A stretch of DNA of 62,887 nt, counting the filler, from Octopus bimaculoides (taxonomy: Eukaryota): the NCBI RefSeq assembly GCF_001194135.2. It is 3 parts of 3 records of this genome, joined end to end, with 100 filler letters (N's around TTAATTAATTAA, not from the genome) between each part and the next. Parts side by side here need not be neighbours in the genome. Positions count along the whole stretch, not along the records: positions 1 to 19,923 come from NC_069002.1; positions 20,024 to 44,221 come from NC_068988.1; 1 more part is not named here. One strand, written 5' to 3'. The notes under the pieces are model-generated. The model was not told the origin of the DNA. It did no database searches and was given only the letters and a program-made list of their open reading frames with translations. The position numbers were made by a program, and so were the translations under genes. Shown in pieces: positions 10,700 through 22,009 of the stretch. The number at the start of each line of letters is the position of its first letter. Position 1 is the first letter of the stretch.

Positions 10700-12400
10700 G
10701 ATATCCTTGTAACTGTAATCCAGAAAATTCAGGATGGAAAAGCAGCTGGAAAAATCTTGATTGTTGGATATCGTACAGGAAGCTAAGCTTCTACCGACCA
10801 TATTTGATCAACCTGTAACAGCGAGCTATCAATAGGAACAGTAGCATACAACACTGGTTAGTTCTAGCAGAGACAAAACTGATCCCCAAATGCAGAATCA
10901 CCCACATGACAAAAAACTACCTGCCAGTTTCATGTCAGAACTTAACGTATAAAATTTATACAGCATGCTTAAACCTCTTCTTCCAAGGCCATTGTGAAAG
11001 TATTAGGTTGTCCGGAAAGTTCGTGCCGATTTATAGTAGCTTGCCTTTCGACTTATTTGCCCTGAAACCACCTCAATTCTGGGAAGAGGGTATTTTCAAG
11101 TTAAAGGTAAGATGGAGACGCACTGTGCAACAAAATGGTTCATATTTGGTTGTTTAAAAATGTAATGGCAAGTATTTATTGACCTTTTTCTTTCCTTTAA
11201 AAATCGGCACGAACTTTCAGACAGCCCAATAATAACATCATTACAGCAGAACAAACAACTGGGAATAAGTGAGTCTGGGGATGTGCCGAACAATTGTTAA
11301 TAAACAAAACTGTAATGGCAGAGGTGCGGGAGCATAGAAGCAACCTAGTCTCAATGTGGCTGGACTACAAGAAAGCCTTTGACTCTTTTCTCCACTCATG
11401 GATGCTAGAAGCCCTTCAACTTGCTAATGTTCCACTGAGCATAGTCAAAGCCATAGCTGACCTGACTTCATCGTGGGCCACCATCTTAAAATTAAACACA
11501 AGGAATGAATGTATTATCACTGATGAAATAAAGTATCCCAGAGGCATTTACCAAGGGGACTGCCTCTCTGTGATGTTGTTTATATTTTCTGTAAATCTCA
11601 TGGCATTCATGTTAAGGAAGTCTGAAGGATATCTCACTGATTCACAAGGAAACAGAAATACCAAAATTACACACCGCTTCTTTGTGGATGACTTGAAACT
11701 ATATGCAAAGGATATGCACGAAATGGAAAAGGAGCCATGACCCGGTTACATTCTCAAAGGATATAGAGTTGGAGTTTGATCAAGATAAATGTTGCTATAT
11801 GATTGTAAAAAGAGGGAAAACTGTAAATCAGACTAGCAACATCTGCATTAACGACTTAACTGTTTCCTCTATATCTGATGAGGAATTTTACAAGTATCTA
11901 GGGGTGGATGAAAACATATGTTACAATGACAGCTGTAACAAATCACGCGTCACTAAAGAATATTACAGCCGAATAAAGAAACTTTGGACTTCAGAACTCT
12001 CTGCATTCAATAGAACTGCGGCCCACAATGTGTTTGCAGTGCCAGTACTCATACCAACATTTGGGCTGCTTGATTGGACGCTTGATGCGATCCGAGCCAT
12101 TCATGTGAAAATCCAGAAGATACTAACAAACACACATAATTTCCACATAAACAGTGGCGTAGACCGCCGCTACTAAAACGAAAACAAGGCGGCGGAGACT
12201 TAACATCGATTCAAACTGCCTTTGAATGTCTTATCATATCCCTTCAGCAACATCTTTTAACTACCAAGTGTTAAAGTGCATCCCTAGACCAAGTTTGCAT
12301 ACATGAGGCTGAGAACATTATATGACTTGGAAGGCAGCTCCTTGAGCAGCATTCCTTGTCCAAAGAAGTCGCTCGGCTCTACCGCAACATATCAGATGAA
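10700..12400 (+). mobile_element. R4/Dong-type (RLE clade) non-LTR retrotransposon RT fragment, pseudogenised
   Basis: CQNLTYKIYTACLN, WLDYKKAFDS, GIYQGDCLS..LF, HRFFVDDLKLY and YKYLGVDE motifs with frameshifts. Confidence 0.92.
11003..11229. mobile_element. 227-bp mariner-derived MITE nested in the LINE RT
   Basis: TIRs ttaggttgtccggaaagttcgtgccgattt and aaatcggcacgaactttcagacagcccaa, TA TSDs at 11001-11002 and 11230-11231; removal restores the LINE frame (..HCES/NNIITAEQ). Confidence 0.93.
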
Positions 12401-12879
12401 TGGATGAGCCTATAATTTTTGCCACAAAGGCAGCTTGTGGGAGGGGATTAAGTCGACTACACCAACCCCCAGTGTGTAACTGGTACTTATTTAACCATGG
12501 CTACGAATAAATGAAAGGCAAAGTCGACCTCGGCGGAATAACTACATCAATAATAATAACAACAGTGACAATACACGTATCAGAGTGTCACTAACGCTGT
12601 ATGTTCTTATTCGTTTCCGGCCACATCATGGCTAACTGAAAAAGCACTGCAGGCAGTATGTGAAACCGGTGTTTGTCGGCATAAGAAATGCAACACATGG
12701 CCTTTGCATTGCCGTGTTTCTCTCTTATATCGAGGACCACAGCTTGAAGTATGTTTTTTTTTTATTACATTTCAACTTTACAGTTATACACACAATAAGG
12801 ACGTTTGATCTATGTAGCATATAAACTGTCATATACCTACACACATAAATACGTAGAAATATATTTATGTATATATCTA

Positions 12880-13150
<271 letters not shown>

Positions 13151-13168
13151 ATGTATGTTTGTGTGCAG

Positions 13169-13286
13169 ACACGGTATAAGTATCATCACCTTGGTTAATC
13201 TGTGTAATTATTATCAAATAGCTTGGTTCTTGTACAACAGAAATATAGAGACCACTCAAATAATAATTGGAGAATATAAGAAATAG
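13169..13286 (+). other. Candidate non-coding 5' exon of knottin gene B
   Basis: gtgcag|ACACG...AATAG|gtaatg, 118 nt, as in the A homolog. Confidence 0.4.
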
Positions 13287-13836
13287 GTAATGTTTAAACT
13301 ATGAACTTTTGGTTGTGAGTTGATATGTAAAAGCGGGTTGAATGGACATTTATTTATATGGTTGTTATTGGTTGGATGGTATTTTTAGGTTGAGAGTAGA
13401 AGTTTTCTGAGAGTTGCGTTTGCTTTTGAGGTAATTTTGTGGAAGACCTAACAAACACCCTAACAAACACTAATGTGGCTGGCTGGCCGAATCGTTAGCT
13501 CAGCGGGCGAAGTACTTTACAGTACTTTGTCCGTCATTACGCTCTGAATAATATCACCACCGAGATCGAATTTGGGCTTCACCCTTACGGGATCGAAGTA
13601 AAGAAGTACCAGCAATGTACAGGGGTGGATGTAAGCAAATAGTCCTCTTACCCAAAATTTCAGGCCTTGTGTATCAATCGAAACGATTATTCACCGATGA
13701 TGTCATCTATATTGTAGCTTAAGGATGTTCTTTTCGCTTTTATGATTGAAACAATTTAAGATTTAAAAAGTTAGGTAAAAGTGCATGACATTCTTCAGTT
13801 GCTTTCTTTCTTATATTCCATATCATTAGTTGCGCG

Positions 13837-13903
13837 ATGAGAAGAACTCTTGCACTCCTCTACATCGGCGTACTCATTTCATGCGCCTCGTCGCAGAAGC
13901 AAG
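13837..13903 (+). CDS. Knottin/agatoxin-like precursor copy B, signal-peptide exon (MRRTLALLYIGVLISCASSQKQ)
   Basis: Acceptor cattag| at 13828-13829, ATG at 13837, basic N-terminus, hydrophobic core, A-S-S/Q cleavage-like site, donor AAG|gtaaat. Confidence 0.88.
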
Positions 13904-14150
13904 GTAAATATTCACCACTACCATCACTTCATAGTAATCTCAGAGGCGATGAAAGAAGAGAAGAAAGAGAGAGTGAGAGAGAGAAGGGGAGATTAAGAGA
14001 AGCGGGGTGAGTCATTGTTTTTTATGTAGTCAAATGGCGCGAGATTACTCTCTTCAGCAGCATTTTCTATCTTCCATAATATTTTCATGAGGCCCATGCT
14101 ATTCTTGTGTTCATCTGTATCATACAATAATATGCATTATCGCTCATTTA

Positions 14151-14545
14151 TGAAGTGGTATGGAAAGGTCCCCGGACTAGTTAAAAGGGGCGACAACAGA
14201 TGGCAGCAAACAGTTGGGCCAGTTACTGACCTTCATTAGGCAGTGTACCGAGAGACATCGTTGTATTTACTCCGCAAGTTTAGAAATTTGTGTTTATGTG
14301 ATCACGTGTATGCTGTAATCTGCGATATTTGTCGTAGACATGAAGTTGGAACAAAGAGCCAACGTGAAATTTTGCGTTAAACTTGGAAAGTCTACTACAC
14401 AGACATTGAACATGCTTCGGCAAGCTTACGTTGAAGAGGCAATGGGTCGTACGCAATGATTCGTGAGGTACGGGTGCTTCAAAAGCGTAAGAACACCCTT
14501 CGAAGACGCAGACCGATCTGGAAGACTTGTCACAAGAATCGTAAA
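14151..14545 (+). mobile_element. Truncated mariner (second family) 5' end in intron of gene B
   Basis: TA then tgaagtggtatggaaaggtcccggac TIR-like start; ATG at 14340 gives MKLEQRANVKFCVKLGKSTTQTLNMLRQAY...RSGR with an internal stop. Confidence 0.85.
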
Positions 14546-15142
14546 GAACTACCTTAATTTCAACACTTCAGATGTAACCCAGGAATAGTTGTCAAACGCG
14601 TCTTCATTAGATTATATAATTTGGATATGAAACTAGAATGAATCCATTTATAAAAATATATGCAAGTAATGACCGAGTTAAGAAATCCCAGGCCTTTTGG
14701 CTTTGCATAATTATTTCAGACGATCTAAGACTTGCTTCGTTCTTTAAACTGTGAATGCGTATGAAAATGCAAATTACGCAGACAAGAAAGATATAGAGAG
14801 GCCACAATACCATTAAATAGTTTTCACATTATTCGTACATAGTTTATGGAATGACGATCCAGTTCGGCTCCTAATCCTGGTCAGTTACGTAATGTTGATA
14901 AACCATAAAGATGCCGAAACATCGATGTCCATCGTTCCTGAATCCTGCATAATCTTCAGAGCTATCCCCAATAAACTAGCGTATATATCACCACTTTGAG
15001 AACTCGGTAACAGCTCTGGTTATTCAAATATCCGCTGAGACTAGTTGGGTCATTTGTATATTTCTATACACAAGAAAACATACTCGAAATCTTTGGATGT
15101 TTATATACTTTAAAGTTCTAGGATGTCTTATATCATTTCCAG

Positions 15143-15197
15143 ATCGCAGAATGTCCGATGCTAGGCCAGAAACAGATTATGATCGTTTCGATGGAAG
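15143..15197 (+). CDS. Knottin precursor copy B, propeptide exon ((D)RRMSDARPETDYDRFDG)
   Basis: catttccag|...GGAAG|gtaaga, 55 nt, phase 1 to 2. Confidence 0.85.
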
Positions 15198-15339
15198 GTA
15201 AGAATTATATATTGACAATTGTTTGCGAATGGCATCAGTAATAGTGAAATAATTATGATAATTCTTTTATTTTTTTTCTATGTGTGTTTGTCTCAGAGAA
15301 TGTCATAGTAACTATCTAAAATATTTTCTGAATCAGTGA

Positions 15340-17745
15340 AAGTGGAAAATGTTTTGTAAAATTGTTGTGGAAGGATTCCAATCATCCCACTTGTGACTGA
15401 AAATGGACTGAGCCATTGTTATAAATTAAAGATCTGTGAGCGATTGGCAGTTCAGGTTGGTAAGCAGTTCACTGTGAGCCACGAAAGAGAGCGTTGCGTC
15501 TTATGTAATAGTAGTAATAGTGCATCGTGTAAATACTTCCTTTCTCCAATGCTTCGTTATATTATATATCCAATACAAGGATATAAAGGTTGTGATGAGT
15601 TGTTCGAAGATGTTTAAAATTATTTTAGTACGAAAACATCGTTTCAACAGAGAGAACTTATTGGTTTTCGTGGTGCAATTGCAACAGCAACAGCAGCAAA
15701 TGCAACAGCAACTACAGCAGCAGCAACAACAGTTACAACAGCAATTACAGCAGCAGCAGCAGCAACTACAACAGCAACAACAAGAACACCAACAGTTTCA
15801 GGAATTAATGTTGAAGAAGTCTGAAAATACTTCAGATTCGTACCCGCGAGACAGCGTAGCAAATTCGACTGAAGAATTCATTTATAAACCAGAAGAAGGA
15901 ATTACCTTCTCTGCATATTTACGAAGATACGAAGAATTCTTCAAAGAAGAGCGTGAAAGTTGGTCCGACAAGAAAAAAGTACAAGTAATTTTAAGAATGT
16001 TATGTCCTACTGAACGGGAAAATATAGTAAATATATTCTAGCGAAGAAACCAGGTGAAATTTGTTTCGGGGAAACAATTAATGTTGAAGTGCTTAATCTT
16101 TATTCAAGGGCTTACTGCAAACAAAGATGCAGATATACGTTCCCGGATATTAAAAGAATTAAAACAGGACCAAAAATTAAAACTGCAGGCAATAGCAGAA
16201 GAATGTCAAAGGATAATAAATCTATGACATGACGTAAATAAAACTGAAGGGAAGGATTGCTCTCAGATTCAACCATCTCAGACAAAATACGAACGAGCCT
16301 AAAAGAAAATTTGTCTATGTAAAAATGAATAACACAAACGTAAAGTTAGAACTGGATACAGTTTGCGACATCTCAATAGTTAACACAGATACTTGATAAA
16401 GATCGGGTGATCTAGATTAATCGAAACTTCGAAAATCGTCCGCGGCGTTTCAGGAAAAAAGTTATATTTTAAGGGCGAATTGATAGGTAGCATTACGTTA
16501 CGCGAAAAAAATCCTTAAAAGCTAAGGTTTTTGTGTTAAATAATATCACAAATATATTCGGAACTGACTGGATGGAATTATTTAAACCATAGGACCTCCC
16601 CATAAATCATTTCTGCAAAAATGTGAATGATTTTTCCTACAGTAGAAATAAGTCATGAGACGAATTAATAAAAAAATTTAAAATATTTTTCCTGAAGTTC
16701 TGACTGATAAATTAGGTCTCTGCACCAAAATGAAGGCGCAGTTTCAACGAAAAGAAAACGCCATGCCAGTTTTTAAACAAAACCGAATTGTAGCGATCGC
16801 AACGTTAGAACAGATAAAGTTAGAGTTACAGAGACTATAAAAAATTGGAGTTATCAAAACTGGGGAATATAGTCAATAACCATCACCAACTGCGTACGCT
16901 AAGAAAAAACAATAATAAAAGCAGAGTGTGTGCTGATTTTCCCACTGGTTTGAACGAATGTCTTAAAACGTGCTACTATCTGCTACCTGCCCCGGAGGAT
17001 ATTCTTGTGAAATTAAATGGTGGCAAGATATTGTCTAAATTCGATCTCTCTGACGCGTACCTATAAATCAGAGTAGAGGATGAATGCTCTAAATACTTAA
17101 CAATTAACACACATAAAGGGCTGTATAAATTCAACAGGTTACCATTTGGCTTATAAGTAGCACCAGCGATTTTTCAACAGATTATGTATGCAATGTTTGT
17201 GGACTGTGAATTCGCAATTCCATATCAGGTGATATTCTCATTAAAAGCAAATCCAGAGATCAACACGTAGAGCTCGTAAAATGTGTATTCGAAAAAATTA
17301 GGGATTACTACTTTATTTTAAGTGACGAAATGTGTGAATTTTGTTTACCGAAAGTGAGATATTTAGAACAAATCATTGACAGAAATGGACGTCGACCAGA
17401 CCCGTGGAGGGCAGACGCAATTAAAAATATGTCCTAACCGACAAATATATCAACGTTACAAGCAGTTTTAGGATTGGTAAATTATTACCAAAATTATATT
17501 CCAAATATGCATAAGGTGAGAGTTCCACTAAATAATCTGCTGAAAAAAGATATGAAATGGAATTGACAGGAAAATTGTCAAAAGTCATTTGACGAAAAAA
17601 AAAAAAAAAATACTCACATCTGATTTGTCGTATGCACACTTTGATCTTGCAGCGGAGAATATTGTAGCTTCAGACGCTTCTGAGTATGGCATAAGAGCAG
17701 TAGTGCTACACCAATACAAAGATAGTAACATGAAGGTGATGCACA
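15340..17745 (+). mobile_element. Decayed Gypsy LTR retrotransposon (poly-Q gag, protease remnant, RT/RNaseH) in intron of gene B
   Basis: gag-like FIYKPEEGITFSAYLRRYEEFF; RT motifs RVCADFPTGLNECL, LSKFDLSDAYL, TINTHKGLYKFNRLPFG; RNaseH VASDASEYGI; multiple stops. Confidence 0.92.
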
Positions 17746-17891
17746 TTATTCACATTATTTACATTTGACGGATACTTGTCCTCATCTTGTTTGTTGTTAA
17801 CGCAACATTTCGGCTGATATACCCTCCAGCCTTCATCAGGTGTCTTGGGGAAATTTCGAACCTGGGTTCTCATTCCTAAGGTATTTTTCGA

Positions 17892-17947
<56 letters not shown>

Positions 17948-18010
17948 GAACCCGGAATCTTGGGGCTAGTAGCCCGCGCTCTTAAGACCTACGCCATATG
18001 TCAATGGGCA
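17745..18010 (-). mobile_element. Composite SINE: tRNA-like head, (AAT)n and a body carrying a hammerhead-like motif
   Basis: Minus strand: tggcgtaggtcttaagagcgcgggctactagccccaagattccgggttcg head, AAT repeat, then body also present at 20905-21058. Confidence 0.8.
17798..17846 (-). ncRNA. Minimal type-I hammerhead-ribozyme-like motif
   Basis: Minus strand aagacac-CTGATGA-a-GGCTG-gagggtatat-CAGCC-GAAA-tgt-t-gcgtt: core, 5-bp stem II and stem I pairing; one extra A before stem II and a probably decayed ACGT stem III. Confidence 0.65.
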
Positions 18011-18597
18011 TAGCCGTTGAATGATAATTCCAGAAGTGGAAGTAATCTAAAAGGTAACATGTTTGCTTGGAGGGCGAACTGATGAATCATTATTGTACTG
18101 AAAATTGATCCATTCAAAATCAGTTACATACTTCACATACACTCGTTCGGAAATATTCGTTCTATCTAATATCAATATCGAAGTAAACTTGGAAGTCAAG
18201 AAAAAATTATATATATAGCTAAAGCTAATTCATATTTTTCGGGATTATACTCGCTGTGCAACATAATTGTCTAATTGCAAAATGCAACATGATTGTACAG
18301 TAGTGGAAATGATGTTGCAAATAGCAAAATAATTTCTAATCTTAACTTCAAAGCAATCGAAATATCCGATGCCACTACAGATGCTGTGGCAAGTTTGGAA
18401 GCAATAAAATATCAACGCCAACTTAAAAAAATAAATAAATAATCAGAAAGTAATCTCACAGAAAAGAAACCACATTTTAGAGAAAACGTATATAAAAGGA
18501 TATAGATATAATGTAGTTACAATATTCCTGGCGTATTAGGATCGTCCAAATTTCTAATTACGATGTTTATGTATTTTTCTGTTTTCTCTTTTTACAG

Positions 18598-18817
18598 AGG
18601 CAGATATAAGAGAAATAGTTTGTGTTTGAATTGGCAGATTCCATGTAAACCCAATAAGAACAGTCCAGATAATAATTGCTGTAAAACTCAAGCTTGTGTA
18701 TGTAACCTCCTATGGCGTGACTGTTTATGTACACACACAGTTTCAAGAACAAATATTGTAATACATAATTATATATGCTTATGTATTTGTTTGTTAGCTT
18801 CTTGTTTTTATGTGTAG
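18598..18817 (+). CDS. Knottin precursor copy B, terminal exon: RGRYKR site then 8-Cys ICK/agatoxin-like domain (NSLCLNWQIPCKPNKNSPDNNCCKTQACVCNLLWRDCLC...)
   Basis: Branch-like CTAAT at 18554-18558, long pyrimidine tract and acceptor tttacag|A in phase 2, matching the previous exon; Cys spacing C-X6-C-X10-CC-X4-C-X-C-X6-C-X-C; TAG at 18815-18817 followed by AATAAA. The 3' end of the CDS is less certain. Confidence 0.87.
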
Positions 18818-18870
18818 TGTGAACCTGTTCTTTCTACGTGGTTGGAGATTATTCTAATTCACATAAAAGT

Positions 18871-18876
18871 AATAAA
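18871..18876 (+). promoter_or_regulatory. Candidate polyadenylation signal of gene B
   Basis: AATAAA 54 nt after the stop codon; the AT-rich context makes chance occurrence possible. Confidence 0.45.
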
Positions 18877-19271
18877 ATAACAATTAAATTACAAAGTGAA
18901 GATGCAAGAATATCTTTGCGTTCATTCGTTGTACAATTGTTCGTATATAAACGTTCGTTGCGTAAATCGTAATAAATACGTTTGCATACAAAAATTCATT
19001 GTGTNNNNNNNNNNACTGCCATGAGGCGGGAAAGTATACTAGTCCTTATATATTTAATACTCTAAATTTAATACTCAACATTTCATATATTCAGTAAGAC
19101 ATTCAATACTTCATTTCATTTTACTATTTATATTATATATTCCATATTCTATATCCTACATTAATTTTATAAGAATACAAATAAAACATAAAAAACAGAC
19201 AGTGTTGGAACTCTTTTAAATAATATATTCCTCTATACACGATCATATAAAACCCTTTTTTATATTTTTTA

Positions 19272-19308
<37 letters not shown>

Positions 19309-20639
19309 CTAAGAAGGGTATTGGATTCAACCAAACCCAAAGATACAGGTAATACCGAGTAAGTGCTGTATACCGGTTAGTTTTGCCCCATTCGTTGTAT
19401 AAACAAGAGTGGGGAATACAACATAGGTCGTGTATTAGCGTGTGTATGTATAAAGATAGAAAAGGATAAAGAGAACAATGGCAAAATTAGAAATATATTT
19501 TATGGATAAAGTCTTACAGCTATATATATATATAAATGCGTTGTAGCATGCACGAAACAAAGATTGTTCTTTGAATGTCACGCTCGTTCAATGAGCAACA
19601 TCATTTTGTGAAAAAGAGAAAAAATTTAAGGGACACGTGCATAGTCAAATACATACATACATACATATATGGATATATATGTGTGTGTACGTGTGTTTGA
19701 GTTTGGAGAGTTATTTCATCCGGGCGGATACCGCAGTGACTCTCAGCTATGTTCCAGGTTACGGCTAATCACATCGTTTAGTAAGTAACGTCAATTCCTG
19801 TGTATTTGAACATTTTGAAAATCAGTATAAAATGTGAAACCGGTGAAAGCTTTAAATATATTAATAAAAAATATTTTAAAATATTCTCAGTGCATTTAAA
19901 ACTTTATTTTTCCTATATATATANNNNNNNNNNNNNNNNNNNNNNNNNNNNNNNNNNNNNNNNNNNNTTAATTAATTAANNNNNNNNNNNNNNNNNNNNN
20001 NNNNNNNNNNNNNNNNNNNNNNNCGTGTGTATATTGCCTATGTTTCTGCGTGTTGTGTGCGTATATATTGTGTGTTTTTATGAGTGAATATTGTGTGCGA
20101 GGCGGGATGGGGGTGAGAGAATTGAGGGCTGAAAGTTATTGGGTGCTAGTGTGTTTGGAATGGGAAGGTACGTGTGAGTATATGTGCATGTGAGTGTGTG
20201 AATGGTGTGTAGTGTGGATACTGAGTTGAACACTGTGTATGGGTGTTTATATAATGGTGTGTGTGGTGAGGGTACTGCGTTAGGCAGTGCACAGATGCGT
20301 GGGTGGAGGAGGAGAGGCAGTTAAATGTGGGAGGTGTTTGTAAGTGTGTGTAGGGATGGTTTTAGATGAAAAGAAGTGACGAATTAAGACCATAAGGAGC
20401 AAATGAATGAAGAAAGAAAGCTAATTTTTGTTCACGGTCGAGGCTAGAGTCTGGGTGACCTTTGTGCAAAGACAGTCCGAACACAGACAGTTGTAGCGAA
20501 TGACCAGTTGAGCGGAGTGGTGCGATACGGGGGTATCCTTGCCAAGCTTTATGTTTCGGAGATGTATATATGTTTATATGCATAAATATTATACACATTA
20601 TACATAGATAAATAGATACATACATACATACGTACTTAC

Positions 20640-20870
20640 ATACATGCATACATACATATTAGTTGTCAACTAGTTCTTGAGTATGACGTCTTGGAATTTC
20701 TTCTTGAGCCTCTTTCTTTGTATGACTTCATAAATGACTCTTCATGCAAGTTTTCAACTTCACTTTGTCACATATATTGCACTTTAAAATAATTTGCTGG
20801 AGATATTGCACCTGCTTCATATCATGTCCTCTCATGCGACTCATGAAACACAAAGATACATATCTACAAA
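20640..20870 (-). mobile_element. 3' end of a LINE-like element with degenerate C2H2 zinc fingers (copy 1)
   Basis: Minus-strand LKCNICDKVKLKTCMKSHL*SH...; homologous to 23000-23230; followed by a (TATG)n tail. Confidence 0.55.
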
Positions 20871-20904
20871 CTTATATACAAAAAGTTCTATATTTAAGAG
20901 ATGA

Positions 20905-21058
20905 GGAATTGCGTACATTATTTACATTATTTACATTTGACGGATATTTGTCTTCATCTTGTTTATTGTTAACACAAGGTTTCGGCTGGTATACCCTCCA
21001 GCCTTCATCAGGTGTCTTGGGGAAATTTCGAACCTGGGTTCTCATTCCTAACATTCGA
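20905..21058 (-). mobile_element. Second copy of the hammerhead-bearing repeat body (core 20970-21018)
   Basis: Minus strand CTGATGA-a-GGCTGG-agggtata-CCAGCC-GAAA-cct-t-gtgtt; near-identical to 17755-17895. Confidence 0.75.
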
Positions 21059-21302
21059 TACATACATACATACATACACACATACATACATACATGCATA
21101 CATTTTAATATATATACGCAATACCCCTCCAGACAGTTGCGTCTACTAAATTTATTCACACAGTATTGACCATCCACAGTTTATAATAGAAGTCACTTTC
21201 ACTTGCCTCAGATAACGAACATTAGGACTGGACTCAACACGTGTGGTTGCAACGTGAACATTTTAACCACAGCCATGCCTGAGTCTCTCACTTTTTCTCT
21301 CT

Positions 21303-21353
<51 letters not shown>

Positions 21354-21689
21354 CCTCTCTCTGTATATACACATATACACAAACACACATACATATTTAT
21401 ATATGTATTTATACGAGTTAGTGGACAAACGAAAGAAAAGGCACTCAACATATATAATTTAAAACAGCTTGATTCGATTCCGTGCTACTTCAAGTTTCGC
21501 AGACCCCGACATTCCAGAAGCCTGAAGGAGTAGGGCTCCCGTTAAGGGCTTGCGAATCAAACTGTTGTAAATAATAATAATAATAANNNNNNNNNNAAGA
21601 AGAAGAAGAAGAAGAAGAAGAAGAAGAAGAAGAAGAAGAAGAAGAAGAAGAAGAAGAAGAAGAAGAAGAAGAAGAAGAAGAAGAAGAAG

Positions 21690-22005
21690 AAATAAACAAC
21701 TATGGCGATTTGAAGAGAGAAATACGAAGGTTGTGGTCAATGAGGAGAGTAGACGAGATATCAATAGTAATTGGCGCACTTGGAAGTACCAGAACTTAAC
21801 AACCAGCATGGTTCAAAAAGATTGGTACAAGTTCGAAGGTAGAATACCTACGAAAATCAGCATTGCTTGGAACTGCAAGAATTCTTCGCAGGGTTCTTGT
21901 AGCATGACCAGAAAACAAGGGTCACCTTAGCCTGCTTGCTGTGGGCAGCCGACACTTCCCATAATACCCAGCAAAATAAGGTGTGTGTGTTCACCACATA
22001 ATAAT
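21690..22005 (+). mobile_element. Short 5'-truncated R4/Dong-type LINE 3' end
   Basis: YGDLKREIRRLWSMRRVDEISIVIGALGS and 3' UTR homologous to 22545-22855; ends in ataataataa. Confidence 0.85.
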
Positions 22006-22009
22006 AACG

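Noticed and set aside
15520-16041. Poly-Q ORF as a host transcription-factor exon
   Set aside because: It continues into Gypsy gag-like sequence followed by decayed protease, RT and RNaseH.
19520-19611. Frame KCVVACTKQRLFFECHARSMSNIIL*, echoed by [12 protein letters not shown] in A
   Set aside because: It would begin within a TA microsatellite, lies downstream of B's stop and polyA signal, and has no knottin spacing.
19968-19979. TTAATTAATTAA islands inside N runs (also 44266-44277)
   Set aside because: Identical 12-mer centred in gaps that gives stops in all six frames; most likely a scaffolding filler, not biology.
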